Shown one piece after another: positions 14,241 through 28,546 of a DNA stretch of 64,000 bases. The notes beneath the pieces were generated by a model. The model did not search any database and had not been told where the DNA came from. It saw only the letters and a program-made list of their open reading frames with translations. A program made the translations under genes and the position numbers. Numbering within the stretch: position 1 is the first letter of the stretch; each line of letters starts with the position of its first letter. Source of the stretch: Candidatus Eiseniibacteriota bacterium (lineage in GTDB: Bacteria; Eisenbacteria; RBG-16-71-46); the NCBI GenBank assembly GCA_963776245.1, contig CAVZLN010000006.1:768001-832000 (forward strand), given 5' to 3'.

Positions 14241-14467
14241 GCGCGCAGGGTGGGACGCGGCGGACGCAGCGTCAAGGCCCCGGCCTTCGAGCAGGCTCCG
14301 GCCTTCCGCCGGCGGAAGTCCGGCCGGGGGTTCGACATTGACCGCGCCCGGCGCCCCGCCTAGCCTCGCGCGGTGGCGCGGACCCGCTCCAGGCCCGCGC
14401 GTCCCTCCCACGATCCTCCCACGACCGCGTGGCGCGCCACGCTCGACCCTCGACCGATGAGGTGCCC

Positions 14468-15085
14468 ATGGACGCCTCACCCACGCCCGACGCCCACGGC
14501 TCCGCCGACGCCACCTGCGCCCGCTGTGGCCGCAGCCTCGCGCCGGCCGAGCGGATCGCCGCCGGCGACCGCGTGTTCTGCGCGTCGTGCTACGAGACGC
14601 TGCGCGAGGAGCTGCGCCAGGCGGTGACGGCGATGTCCACCGACATCCCCTATTCCGCGGCCACGCTCGGCGCCGTGCTCGGGGGCGTCGGCGGCGCGCT
14701 GGTGTGGTGGGGCTTCACGGCGCTCACCCACATCGCGTTCGGACTGGTGGCGATCGCCATCGGCTTCCTGGTGGGCCACGGCGCGCTGCGCTTCGCGGGC
14801 GGCAAGCGCTCGGTCGCCCTGCAGGCGATCGCAGTGACGGTGTCGATCCTGAGCTTCGCGCTCGGCACCTACCTCGTGAACCGCACCTTCGTGAACCAGG
14901 CGCTGGCGAAGAGCGGCGCGAGCTTCCGCGTCGACCTGGTGCCGCAGAGCGCGGAGTTGTTCGGCCGCGTGATGAGCGTGAACCTCGGGATCATGGACGC
15001 GGTGTTCCTCGCCATCTGCGTCTATCAGGCGTGGACCCTCACCCGCCCGATCCGGCTGCCGGGGCTGGAGGCGCCGCGCGCGTGA
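14468..15085 (+). CDS. Membrane protein with an N-terminal CxxC...CxxC zinc-finger
   Basis: CARC...FCASC followed by about four TM helices; GAGG RBS; stop overlaps the next start (GTGA). Confidence 0.75.
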   Translation: MDASPTPDAHGSADATCARCGRSLAPAERIAAGDRVFCASCYETLREELRQAVTAMSTDIPYSAATLGAVLGGVGGALVWWGFTALTHIAFGLVAIAIGFLVGHGALRFAGGKRSVALQAIAVTVSILSFALGTYLVNRTFVNQALAKSGASFRVDLVPQSAELFGRVMSVNLGIMDAVFLAICVYQAWTLTRPIRLPGLEAPRA

Positions 15086-15958
15086 GCCCGCACCCGCCGG
15101 AGGAGGAGCGCCACCTCGAGAACCTGCGCGCGGTCGCCGAGAGCCTGCGCCGGCCCGCCGCGCCGCGGCCGGGGGTCGGGTCGGACGCGCATCCCTCGCA
15201 CCGCGGCCGCAACACCGCGCTCGGCGGACTGGTCGCGGGCGCGGCGTTCCTGCTCGGCAAGCTCAAGCTGGTGGGGTTGCTCGCGGGGGTGCTCGAGTTC
15301 AAGACCCTCGCGACCATGCTGCTCTCGATCGGCGTCTACGGGATGGCGTGGGGGCTGCCGTTCGCGACCGGCTTCGTGCTGCTCATCTTCGTCCACGAGC
15401 TCGGCCACGCGCTGGTGATGCGGCGCGAGGGCATCCCGGCCGGGGCCCCGGTGTTCATCCCGTTCGTGGGCGCGATCATCTCGATGCGCGGTCGGCCGCG
15501 CGACGCCGCGGTCGAGGCGCGCGTCGGTCTCGGCGGCCCGGTGCTGGGCTCGCTCGCGGCGTGGGTGGTGATGGCGGTGGGCCTCGCCGCCGGGAAGCCC
15601 ATGCTGGTCGGACTCGGCCACGTCGGCGCGCTGGCTCAACCTCTTCAACCTCGTCCCGGTCTCGCCGCTCGACGGCGGCCGCATCGCCGGCGCGTTCTCG
15701 CGCACGTTCTGGATCGTGGGCTACGCGCTCGGACTGGTGGTGCTGGTGCGTCATGCCCTCGCCGATCCTGTTGCTGGTGATGGCGGTGGGACTGTGGACG
15801 CTGTGGCAGCGCTGGCGTCATCCGGTCCCCGGCTACGACTCGATCCCGCGCGGGCAGCGGCTGGCGATCGCGCTGGCGTACGCGGCGCTGGTGGTGGCGC
15901 TGGTCGCCACGCTCGCGGTCCCGGTGGCGGAGCGCCGACGCTTCCGCGCGCCTCGTGA
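15082..15958 (+). CDS. Site-2 protease (peptidase M50) family protein, frameshifted; end approximate
   Basis: HELGH zinc motif, PVFIPFVGA, LGGP, and NLFNLVPVSPLDGGRI after a frameshift near 15635. Confidence 0.85.
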
Positions 15959-15974
15959 GCGCACGGCGCGGGCG

Positions 15975-16004
15975 TTGACGCCCGCGCGCGCGCGCTCCTA
16001 TCCT
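15975..16004 (+). promoter_or_regulatory. Putative sigma70 promoter giving a near-leaderless ispG mRNA
   Basis: TTGACG-18 bp-TATCCT, ATG 8 nt downstream, no SD sequence. Confidence 0.55.
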
Positions 16005-16012
16005 CGCCGCCC

Positions 16013-17277
16013 ATGCCCATCATCCAGATCGAGGACACGCGCCAGAAGGACCGCCGCGCCACGCCCACTTGCTGGGTGGGCCGCGTCCCGCTGGGCGGGC
16101 GCCACCCGGTGGTGGTGCAGTCCATGACCAACACCGCCGACCGAGGACGCCGCCGCCACCGCGCGGCAGGTCGCCGAGCTGGCCGCCGCCGGCTCCGAGC
16201 TGGTGCGGGTCACGGTCAACACGCGCGAGGCCGCCGCGGCGGTGCCCGAGATCCGCCGCCGCCTGCGGGACGCAGGGCGTCGAGGTGCCGCTGGTGGGCG
16301 ACTTCCACTACAACGGCCACACGCTGCTCGCCGAGTACCCGGAGTGCGCCGCAGCGCTCGACAAGTACCGCATCAACCCGGGCAACGTGGGCGTGCGGCG
16401 AGCAGCACGACGAGAACTTCCGCCGCATGATCGAGGTCGCGGTCGGCGCACGCCAAGCCGGTGCGCATCGGCGTCAACTGGGGCTCGCTCGACCGCGCGC
16501 TGCTCACCCAGCTGATGGACGACAACGCGCGCCGGCCGCGAGCCGCTGCCGGACCGCGAGGTGGTGCTCGAGGCGCTGCGCGAGAGCGCGCTGCGCTCGG
16601 CGGCGCTGGCCGAGCGCTTCGGCCAGCCGCACGACCGCATCGTGCTGTCGGCCAAGGTCAGCGGCGTGCGCGACCTGGTGCAGGTCTACCGCGCGCTCGG
16701 CCGCCGCGTGCGACTACCCGCTCCATCTCGGCCTCACCGAGGCCGGGCTCGGCACCAAGGGCATCGTCGCCACCACCGCGGCGCTGTCCGACGCTGCTGT
16801 TCGAGGGGATCGGCGACACCATCCGCACCAGCCTCACCCCCGCGCCCGGGCGGCGACCGCGCCGAGGAGGTGCGGGTGTGCCAGCAGATCCTGCAGTCGC
16901 TCGGGCATCCGCGACTTCACGCCGCAGGTGACCGTCGTGCCCGGGGTGCGGGCGCACCACCGCACGTTCTTCCAGGAGCTCGCGGACGCAGGTCACCGCG
17001 CACCTCGCCGCGCGCATGCCGGCGTGGCGCACGCGCTACCCCGGCGTGGAGGAGTTCCGAGGTGGCGGTGATGGGCTGCGTGGTGAACGGCCCCGGCGAG
17101 AGCAAGCACGCCGACATCGGCATCTCGCTGCCGGGCACCGGCGAGGATCCGCGCGCGCCGGTGTACGTGGACGGGCAGCTCGCAGGTCACGCTCAAGGGC
17201 GACCACGCATCGCGGAGGACTTCGCCCGGCTGCTCGACGAGTACGTCGAACGCCGCTTCGGCGGCCCGCCCGCCTGA
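16013..17277 (+). CDS. ispG: (E)-4-hydroxy-3-methylbut-2-enyl-diphosphate synthase IspG; many frameshifts
   Basis: [58 protein letters not shown] and [20 protein letters not shown] in alternating frames. Confidence 0.95.
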
Positions 17278-17307
17278 GGCGGCGGGGGGCCGCTGAAGCC
17301 CCGCGGG

Positions 17308-19260
17308 TCAGCCCACCCGCGCGCTGCCGATCCTCTCGAGGATCGCGCGCGCCAGCGCGGTCAGCGAGGGATCGCGCGCGCCCATGACCAGCACCAGGTC
17401 GCCCGGCGCGCGCCTCGGCGGCGAGGCCCTCGACCAGCGCCTCGCGGGAGGCGCGCGAACGCCGCGCTGCGCCCGCGCGCCGCGATCTCGCGCACCAGGT
17501 CGGCGGACGAGAGGTCGCGGGCCGCGGTGCCGCCGGCGTAGAAGATCTCCAGCATCCACAGCCGGTCGGCCGGCCGCAGCGCCGCGGCGAACGCCTCCAC
17601 GAAGTCCGCGCGCAGGAACCGCGTCGGGCCGAAGCCGTGCGGCTGGTAGACCGCCAGCACGCGGGCCGCGCGCGCCTGGGCGGTCGCGAGCGCCGCGCGC
17701 ACCTTGGCCGGGTTGTGCGCGAAGTCGTCCACCACCTCGACGCCGCGGGCCACGCCCAGCGGCTGGAACCGCCGCCCCACGCCCTGGAAGCGCGCGAGCG
17801 GCGCCACCATGTCGCCCAGCGCCACGCCCACGCCGCGGCACGCGGCGATGGCCGCGAGCGCGTTCTCGACGTTGTGGCGCCCCGGGACGGGCAGCTGGAA
17901 CGCGACGCCCTCGACCTCGAAGGCGACCCCGTCGCGCTCGAGGCGCACGCCGGTGGCGCGCACGTGGGCCCCTTCGCCCTCCCCGAACACCAGCGCGTCC
18001 GGGCGCAGGGACGCGAGCTCGGGGCCCTCGCCCACCACGAAGTCCTCGCGCGTGCGGGCGCGGAAGGTCGCGAACATCGCCGCGACCTCCGCCATCTCGC
18101 GATGGTCGCGCTGCAGGTTGAGCACCACCCCCACCGCCGGCTGGTAGCGCACCAGCGAACCGTCGCTCTCGTCGGCCTCGACCACCAGCAGGTCGGAGCG
18201 CCCGCGCCAGGCGTTGCCCCACAGCCCTTCCTGCTGGAGCAGGATCAGGTCACCGCCGGTGATCACCGATGGGTCGCGTCCCGCGCCGCGCAGGATCTCG
18301 AACACCATCGCCACGGTGGTGGACTTGCCGCTGGTGCCGGCCACCGCGATGGTGCGGTGCGCGGCGACGAAGTGCGCGAGCAGCTCCGAGCGGTGGACGA
18401 TCGGCACGCCCAGCGCGCGCGCGGCGGCCACATCGGGCACGTCCTCCTCCACCGCGGTGGACACCACCAGCGCCGCGCACTCCTCGTCGAGCCCGCTGCC
18501 GTCCTGGGGATGCACGACGATGCCGAGCCGCTCGAGCATCGCGCGCGCCCTGCCCCGCTCGCCGCGGTCGAACGCGCGGTCGCTGCCGCTCGCGTGGCCG
18601 CCGAGCATGGCCTGGAACTGGGCCAGCGCGCTCATCCCGCTGCCGCCGAGCCCGGCGTAGTGGAAGCGCCCGGCACCCGCCGGATCGGGCACGCCCACGC
18701 GCCCGGCGATCAGCACCAGGTCGCCCGGCGCGACGCGCGCGAACAGGTCGGTGATGTCCTCGTTCGACAGCCGCACGCAGCCGTGCGAGGCCGGGCGTGC
18801 CGAGGCGCGAATCGTGGTTGGTGCCGTGCAGGTAGATGTAGCGCTCGAGCGAGTCGCACCCGGGCCCGCGGTTCACGCCGCGCTCGAGCCCGTCGAGCGT
18901 GAGGATGCGCGTGAGGATCAGGTCGTCCTCGCGCGCCTCGCCGTTCCACACCTCGCCGGTCGGCTCGCGGCTCGCGAACACCGCGCCGCGCGGCGCGCCA
19001 TCGCCGATGCGCGCGTGGATGCGATGCCAGCCCGGGGGCGTGCGCATCGAGCCCGCGGTGCCCCCCACGCCCGCGGCGGCGGTCGAGACCACGTACTCCC
19101 GCACCAGCGCGCCGGCCTCGAGCAGCGCCACTCGCTGGCGCTCCACGTCCACCACCAGCACGCGCGCCGGCAGTCCGCTGGGGGCGCCCGGACGCGCGAG
19201 CGCGCGGCGCAGCAGCGCCGCGGCGCGCTGCTCGACGGCGAGTGGGGTGGGCGGAGCCAT
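17308..19260 (-). CDS. Apparent fusion of a YkuD-type L,D-transpeptidase domain and a MurC/Mpl-like Mur ligase (frameshifts near 18790 and 17450-17410)
   Basis: N-terminal TPPGWH..RILTLDG..YIYLHGTN..(A)SHGCVRL reads through with no stop into GLGGSGMSALA, GTSGKSTT, EADESD, DDFAHNP and YQPHGF. Confidence 0.8.
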
Positions 19261-19355
19261 GCGCGGCACTCTGCCACAGCCCGCGCCCGAGGGGAACGGC
19301 GGCGGGGCTGGAAGCTGGGCCGGCGCCTGTGGAAACCTCCAGCGGGAACCCGGGA

Positions 19356-19721
19356 TCAGCGCGATCGCCCGACGCCTGCCGCCAGGCACGCCCAGCCCGC
19401 GAGGAAGCACGCGCCGCCGAGCGGCGTGACCGCTCCCAGCGCGCGCACGCCGCTCAGGGCGAGCGCGTACAGGCTGCCCGAGAACAGCACCGTGCCCACC
19501 ACGAACAGCCACCCCGCCGCGCTCAGCAGCCGCCCGGCGGCGCGCTCGACGAACAGTCCGACCAACACCAGCGCGAGCGCGTGGAACATCTGATAGCGCG
19601 CGCCGGTCTCGAACACCGCGAGCAGGTCGGGGGCGAGTTGGGCGCGCAGCGCATGCGCGCCGAACGCGCCCGCCGCCACCGCGAGGAACGCCGACCAGGC
19701 GCCGATGCGAGCGAAGGTCAT
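19356..19721 (-). CDS. DUF423 (YgdD/TMEM256) small membrane protein
   Basis: GAFGAH, YQMFHALA, LFSGSLY and TPLGG..FLAGW motifs. Confidence 0.93.
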   Translation of the reverse strand: MTFARIGAWSAFLAVAAGAFGAHALRAQLAPDLLAVFETGARYQMFHALALVLVGLFVERAAGRLLSAAGWLFVVGTVLFSGSLYALALSGVRALGAVTPLGGACFLAGWACLAAGVGRSR

Positions 19722-19836
19722 GGAGCCAGCATAGCGCGCCCGAGCCAGCGCGGCTAGACTCGGGGCCCGTCGTCACTCGGGTCCGGCCAGATTCGGGGCC
19801 CGCCCTGGTTCGGAGTCCATCCCGGAGAGCGCCGCC

Positions 19837-22291
19837 TTGGACCAGCCGTCCCCGCGTCCGACCGCATCCCCGATCGCCCGGCTCGCGCGGCGCCTCCCGC
19901 CGCCCGGGCGGCGGCGCGTCGTGGTGCTCGCGCTGCTGGCGGTGATCCCGCTCGCGTTCGTGGTGGCGTTCGTGACGTTCGCGGTGCGCCTCGGCACGCT
20001 GCGGGACCGGCTCGCCACCGGGCCGGCGTGGGTGTTCCCGTCGCGCGTGTACTCGGACGGACTGGCGCTGTTGCCCGGGCGCGCGCTATCGGCGGACCAG
20101 CTGGTCGCCCAACTCGACGCGCGCGATTACCGCCCGACGGCCGCGCCGCCGATCCGCCCCGGCACGTACGCGGTCGAGCGGGGCGGCTACCAGATCGTGC
20201 TGCGCGGCTTCGTCGACGCGCCCGACCCGGCGGGCCACGGCGGGCCCGAGCGCGTGCGGCTCGGCCTCGAGGGCGGCCGGCTCGCCCGCGTCGAGCGCCT
20301 CGGCGGCCTCGCGGGAGCCGCGCCCCCGGACACCCTGCATCCCGCGCGGCTCGAGCCGGTGCTGGTGTCCCTGCTGCTCGACCGGGACCGGGTGCGGCGC
20401 TCGTGGGTGCCGCTCGCGCGCGTCCCGCGGGCGCTGCAGGACGCGGTGGTCGCCTCCGAGGACCGGCGCTTCCGCGCCCACCTCGGGTTCGACCTGAGGT
20501 CGAACCTGCGCGCGCTGCTCTCCAACGTCGAGGCCGGGAGCATCCGGCAGGGGGGCAGCACGATCACGCAGCAACTGGCGCGCGGGCTGTTCCTGGGGCG
20601 GCAGCGCACCCTCGGTCGCAAGGTGCGCGAGGTGTTCCTCGCGGCGGGGCTCGAGATCCTGCTCACCAAGGACGAGATCCTCGAGATGTACCTGAACTCG
20701 GTCTACTGGGGTCAGGGCGACGGCGGCGGCATCGCCGGAGCGGCGGAGGCTGCGCGCTTCTACTTCGACGCGCCGGTCGAATCGCTCACGGTGGCCCAGG
20801 CCGCGATGCTGGCGGGCATCATCCCGGCGCCCAACGCGTACTCGCCCTTCCGCAGCCTGAGCGCCGCACGCCAGCGGCGCGACGCGGTCCTCACGGACAT
20901 GGTGCAGACCGGCGCGCTGCCGGCGGCCGCCGCCGCCCGCCTGCGGCGCGAGCCGCTGCGCGTCCGTCGCGGAGCGCCCCCGCCCGAGCGCTTCCCCTCG
21001 TTCACCGGCTACCTGCGCGAGCGATTGCGCGCGCAGGTCTCGAAGCGCGAGGCCGAGAGCTGGGGCCTGGCACTCATGACCACGCTCGACCCGGTGTGGC
21101 AGGCCGCGGCGGAGCGCGAGCTGGCCGCCGGCGTGGCCGCCCAGGAGCGCTGGCATGGGCGCGGCGCGGCGCCGCTGCAGGGCGCCTTCGTGGCGCTCGA
21201 CGCGGCCACCGGCGAGGTGCGCGCCATGGTCGCCGGGCGCGCCACGGTGGAGGGCGACTTCAATCGCGCCACCCAGGCCCGCCGCCAGCCCGGCTCGGCC
21301 ATCAAGGCGATCGTGTACACCGCGGCGCTCGATCCGGCGCGCGGCGGGCCGGCCCTCACGCCCGCCTCCACCGTTCCCGACCTGCGGCGCGAGTTCGCGA
21401 CGCCCGAGGGACCGTGGAGACCGCAGAACAACGAGGGCGACTACCACGAGACCGTCACGCTGGCGAAGGCGCTGGCGCGCTCGCTCAACCTCGCCACCGC
21501 GAACCTGGTGGAGCGGATCGGCGCCGGCACCGTGGCGCGCTACTGCGAGCGCTTCGGGCTCGGACGGGCGAAGGCGGTGCCGAGCATCGGTCTCGGCACC
21601 AACGAGGTCACCCTGCTCGCGCTCACCGACGCGTACGCGGTGTTCCCCGCCGGCGGCGTGCTGCACGCTCCCACGCCGCTGCGCGCCGGCACTCGACGCC
21701 CGCGGCCGCGACCGGATGCGCCCGCGTCCCGCCCCGGTGCGCGTGATCGCCGACCGCACCGCCGCGCTCATGACCGGGCTGCTCGAGGACGTGGTGATCT
21801 TCGGGGTGGGCTACCCGCTGCGCTCGCGCTTCGGGTTCACCCAGGGCGTGGCGGGCAAGACCGGCACCACCAACGACCACAACGACGCCTGGTTCGTGGG
21901 CTTCACGCGCGGGTTCGCCGCCGGGGTGTGGGTGGGCTACGACACCCCGCGCGACCTGCAGCGTCCCGCCGCCGAGGTCGCGCTGCCGGTGTGGGCCGGC
22001 ATCGTGCGCGCGATGACCGACGGGGCCCAGCCCGCGGCGTTCCCCGCGCGCGCCGATCTCGAGGTCGTCTGGATCGACCCGTTCAGCGGCGGGCGCGCGC
22101 GCCCGGACTGCCCCTCGCCGATGCGCGTGCCGTTCGTGAAGGGCACCGCGCCCGCCGCCGCGTGCACCCGCGATCACATGGCGGACTGGCAGCGCATCTA
22201 CGAGGAGGAGGCGCGCGCGGACAGCCTCGCCGCCGCCCGCGCGGCCGACACGCTGGACGCGCGCGGCACGCCGGAGGGGCCGACGGAGTAG
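19837..22291 (+). CDS. Class A penicillin-binding protein (PBP1b-like transglycosylase/transpeptidase), one frameshift near 21690
   Basis: TM helix; UB2H-like PSRVYSD; EDRRF, QGGSTITQQLAR, KDEILEMYLN; SAIK, SLN and KTGTT motifs. Confidence 0.92.
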
Positions 22292-22330
22292 GAGGTCCTG
22301 ACGCCTACCGCGCGCTATTCCGCGTTCCCG

Positions 22331-22681
22331 TCACGCGCCGGGCAGGAGAAACGGAATCTGGCGGGACGCCTCGGGGGTGAAGCGCAGCAGTACACGCATC
22401 GCATCGGCGTGCGCGGACGCATCGGCTTCGCTCTGGACGTAGAGCTGCGCGACGAGATCGCGCCAGCGGAGCATCTCGCGACGGAGCCCGCGCTGGGTGC
22501 GGGTGGCGATGGTGAGATCGGCGAGCCGCAGCACGCGCTCGTACGAATTGAGCCGGCGGACACGGTCGGCGGGCGCCATCATCTGGGACGCGCGATTCAT
22601 CTCGTTCGCGATCATGAGCACCTGCTGGTCGAGCGAGTAGCCCGCCCAGCGCTCGGGCGTGAGCGCGCCGTGCTGAGTCAT
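22331..22681 (-). CDS. Small helical hypothetical protein
   Basis: 116 aa; RW..SL.QQ.LMIANEMNRA pattern; start lies 1 nt after the upstream stop. Confidence 0.75.
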   Translation of the reverse strand: MTQHGALTPERWAGYSLDQQVLMIANEMNRASQMMAPADRVRRLNSYERVLRLADLTIATRTQRGLRREMLRWRDLVAQLYVQSEADASAHADAMRVLLRFTPEASRQIPFLLPGA

Positions 22682-22682
22682 C

Positions 22683-23054
22683 TCAGAGTCCCTCGCCCTC
22701 TCCGATCAGCCGCAGCGTGAGCCCGCGGATCCGCGCGCGGACGGCCGGGTCGGACACCACCATGGATGGATTGCCCTGCGCGGGGCGGATGTTGATCAGC
22801 GAGGTGTACTCGATGCAGCCGTCGAGTCCGCGCCCGGGGTAGTAGTTCGCGCCCCAGAGATCCACCTGGGCGCTGCCGTCGTCGAGCAACACGTGCTCCG
22901 CGTCGGCGTGCATCTGGCCACCGATGGCGATGACCTGGCGCTCCAGGTCGGCCACGTACTTGACCATATCTCCGAACCCCTCCTGCACGAGACGCCGCAG
23001 GAGATCGGCCGGGATGCGCTCCGTGAGCAGCAGGATGTCGGAATCGGGATCCAT
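22683..23054 (-). CDS. DUF5674-like protein
   Basis: MVKYVAD, GGQMHADAE..LL..GS...DLWGANYYP and EYTSLINIRP..GN motifs; GGAGG RBS. Confidence 0.8.
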   Translation of the reverse strand: MDPDSDILLLTERIPADLLRRLVQEGFGDMVKYVADLERQVIAIGGQMHADAEHVLLDDGSAQVDLWGANYYPGRGLDGCIEYTSLINIRPAQGNPSMVVSDPAVRARIRGLTLRLIGEGEGL

Positions 23055-23123
23055 GCGATGACCTCCGCGCCCACTGTACCCCAGCCCGTGCGGGTGGGAC
23101 ACGCACGCGCCTCTACCCCGGGG

Positions 23124-24049
23124 TCAGCGGATGGTCGCGGTCCCGGCGCCCTTGCGGCAGAACAGGTCGACGGTGTCGGGGCGCGCCGCCAGCCGGTCCA
23201 GCGCCGCGGGCCCCTCGACCGGCAGCAGCGCCGGCCCCGGCAACTCGCCGACGATCGAGATCCGGAAGCCGAGCGAGACCAACTGGTCGAGGAACGCGCG
23301 TGGGTCGTCGCCGAACGCGCGGATGCCCTCGGCCCAGAACTCGGTCGCCAGCGCGAGACGGGGAAGCGACCCGATCAGGCCGCGCGCCCCCGCGAGCGCC
23401 GCGGCCTCGGCGCCCTGGACGTCCATCTTGATGAAGTCCAGCTGGCGATCGGCGCCGGCGAGCGCCTCGTCGAGCGCGACCACCTCGACCGCGACGCGCT
23501 CCGCGTGCTCCGGGCCGCCCCAGCCCAAGCGATGGTCGCCGAAGTTGTAGTCGCTGCGGTAGAGCGGGAGCGTCCCGGCCGCGCGCGACACCGCCTGCGC
23601 GGCCACGCGCACGTTCGAGTAACCGTTGTCCCGGACGTTGCGCGCCAGCAGCCCGGCATTGCGGGGGTCGGGCTCGAACGCGATGACGCGGCCCGCGGGC
23701 CCGACCGCGCGCGCGAACGCGAGCGTGAAGTAGCCGAAGTTGGCGCCCAGGTCGAGCACCGTCATGCCCGGCCGCACCTCGCGCGCGTAGAGCACGGTCT
23801 CGGGCGGGCTCAGGACGCCGCGGCGACGCATCAACACCCCGAGCGTGCGGTCGGCCGGATCGACGTGGAACAGATGGCCGTCGCCCTCGACCACGTCGCC
23901 GAACGCGCCGCGCATGATGCGCTCGACCAGCGCGTTGCGCGTCCACAGCCCCGCCACCGCCGCGACCCGGGCGACGCGTCGCCACCGCCGCTGGCGCGCG
24001 ACCGCGGCGCGGCGCTCGGCGGCGCCCGCGGGCACGGCCGGCCGATCGC

Positions 24050-24053
<4 letters not shown>
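23124..24053 (-). CDS. FkbM family methyltransferase
   Basis: VLDLGANFGYFT, VIAFEPDP.N and FIKMDVQGAE motifs. Confidence 0.92.
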
Positions 24054-26978
<2,925 letters not shown>

Positions 26979-27098
26979 GTCAGGCCCCCTCCGGGGGGCT
27001 TCGGAACCGCGAGATCGAGGCGCGTGGGGGGCGCGCGATGGGTGCCGACCCTACCGCGAACCGTGCGTCAGCGGCAACGCGGGGCCGCCGGACGCGGA

Positions 27099-28343
27099 CT
27101 ACAGCGAGCGCTTCAGCGGCACCGCCACGGTGCTGAACACCAGCCCGGCGGCGAGCGCGAACGCGAGCAACACCAGCTGGAACGAGAGCTCGACGCCGAG
27201 CGCCACCTGATGCTCGAACAGCGAGGTGAACGAGCGCAGTCCGAGGCTCCCCGGCACCAGCAGCATGATGGCCGGCACCAGCGGCACCGCGGCCGGCTGG
27301 CGATAGAGGCGCGCGTACACGTTCGAGACCGAGCCGGCGAGGAACGCCGCGACGAACATGCCCAGCACCGGACCGAACGCCGCCCCCGCCGCGCGCACCG
27401 CGCCGAACGCGAGCGCGCCCACCACCAGGATGACCGGGTACGCGCCGGGCGCGGCGCGGAACAGCACGGTGAAGGCGAACAGAGTGACCGGAAGAGTGGC
27501 CCACAGGGTCCACGGGGGCAGCGGCGCGCTGGCGCCGAGGACCGGGGCCCCGCCCAGCCGGGACGCGAGCCCGAAGCCGAGCGCGAGCCCGAAGCCGAGG
27601 GTCATCAGCGACATGGTCGCACCCGCCAGGCGCGTCGTGCCGGACACCAGATGGCGGGTGCCCAGCTCGGTCATCGCGATCGCGACCCCGAAGCCCGGCA
27701 CCAGCGCGATCACGCCGGCGATCGCGGCGGGGCCCGGCGACAGCGGCGCGATCCACCGTGTCGCCAGCGTGGCGAACAGCGCCGCGGCGACCGCGGCGAG
27801 CGGTTCCGCGACGCGCGCGAACCCGGAGCGACGCCCGGCCAGTCGCATGCACACGCCGGTGACCAGCCCGCACCCTCCCGCGACCGCCATCTCGCGCCAG
27901 CCGCCCTCGAAGAAGCGCGCCACGGCGGCCGACGCGAGCCCGTACGAGGCCACCGTCAGCAGGCCGCCGTAACGCTCGGGCGTGCCGACGATGGTGTCCA
28001 CCTCGATCACCGCTCGCGCGGGCTCGGACTCCCCGCTCGAGACGCGGTCGATGAGCGCGTCGAGGCGCGCGAGCTTCTCGAGGTGCAGCCCCCCCGGCTC
28101 GACGCGCAGCAGGGAGGTGTCGCCTTCCTCGGGGTCGGCGAACGACGCCAGGATGGCGGTCGGGGTCGAGAAGATCTCGCCCCGCAGACCGAGCCGGGCG
28201 GCGGTGTCGCGCGCCACCGCCTCGAGCCGATGCGCCGGCGCGCCGTACGCGTGGAGCGCGCGCAGCAGGCGCAGCACGAAGGCGATCGCCGGGTCCGGCG
28301 CCGGAGCGGCCCCGCCGGGAGCGTGAGGAGCGCCCGCGGTCAT
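27099..28343 (-). CDS. Threonine/serine exporter (ThrE family)
   Basis: LHAYGAPAHRLE N-terminus, ALVPGFG..AMTEL and LLVPGS motifs; about ten TM helices. Confidence 0.9.
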   Translation of the reverse strand: MTAGAPHAPGGAAPAPDPAIAFVLRLLRALHAYGAPAHRLEAVARDTAARLGLRGEIFSTPTAILASFADPEEGDTSLLRVEPGGLHLEKLARLDALIDRVSSGESEPARAVIEVDTIVGTPERYGGLLTVASYGLASAAVARFFEGGWREMAVAGGCGLVTGVCMRLAGRRSGFARVAEPLAAVAAALFATLATRWIAPLSPGPAAIAGVIALVPGFGVAIAMTELGTRHLVSGTTRLAGATMSLMTLGFGLALGFGLASRLGGAPVLGASAPLPPWTLWATLPVTLFAFTVLFRAAPGAYPVILVVGALAFGAVRAAGAAFGPVLGMFVAAFLAGSVSNVYARLYRQPAAVPLVPAIMLLVPGSLGLRSFTSLFEHQVALGVELSFQLVLLAFALAAGLVFSTVAVPLKRSL

Positions 28344-28546
28344 CCGTCCGCCGTGAGCGGCGATCCGCGCTCGAGCTGCAGGGGTGGCGGGTCGGCGGTG
28401 TGCGGCATGGCGTCCTCCGGTGGCGGTGCGCGTGGAGCGCGATGCTAGAGGCCGCGGCGGGCGCGGGCAAGGGCTCGCGGTGGGCCGGTGCGCGGGCCAG
28501 ATGACGCTTGATGCCGCCGATGCGCTGGGGTATCAAGTCACCCATC

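Noticed and set aside
16013..17277. ispG or acnA as pseudogenes or programmed-frameshift genes
   Set aside because: There are many scattered single-base indels, no slippery-site pattern and intact catalytic motifs. Sequencing error is more parsimonious.
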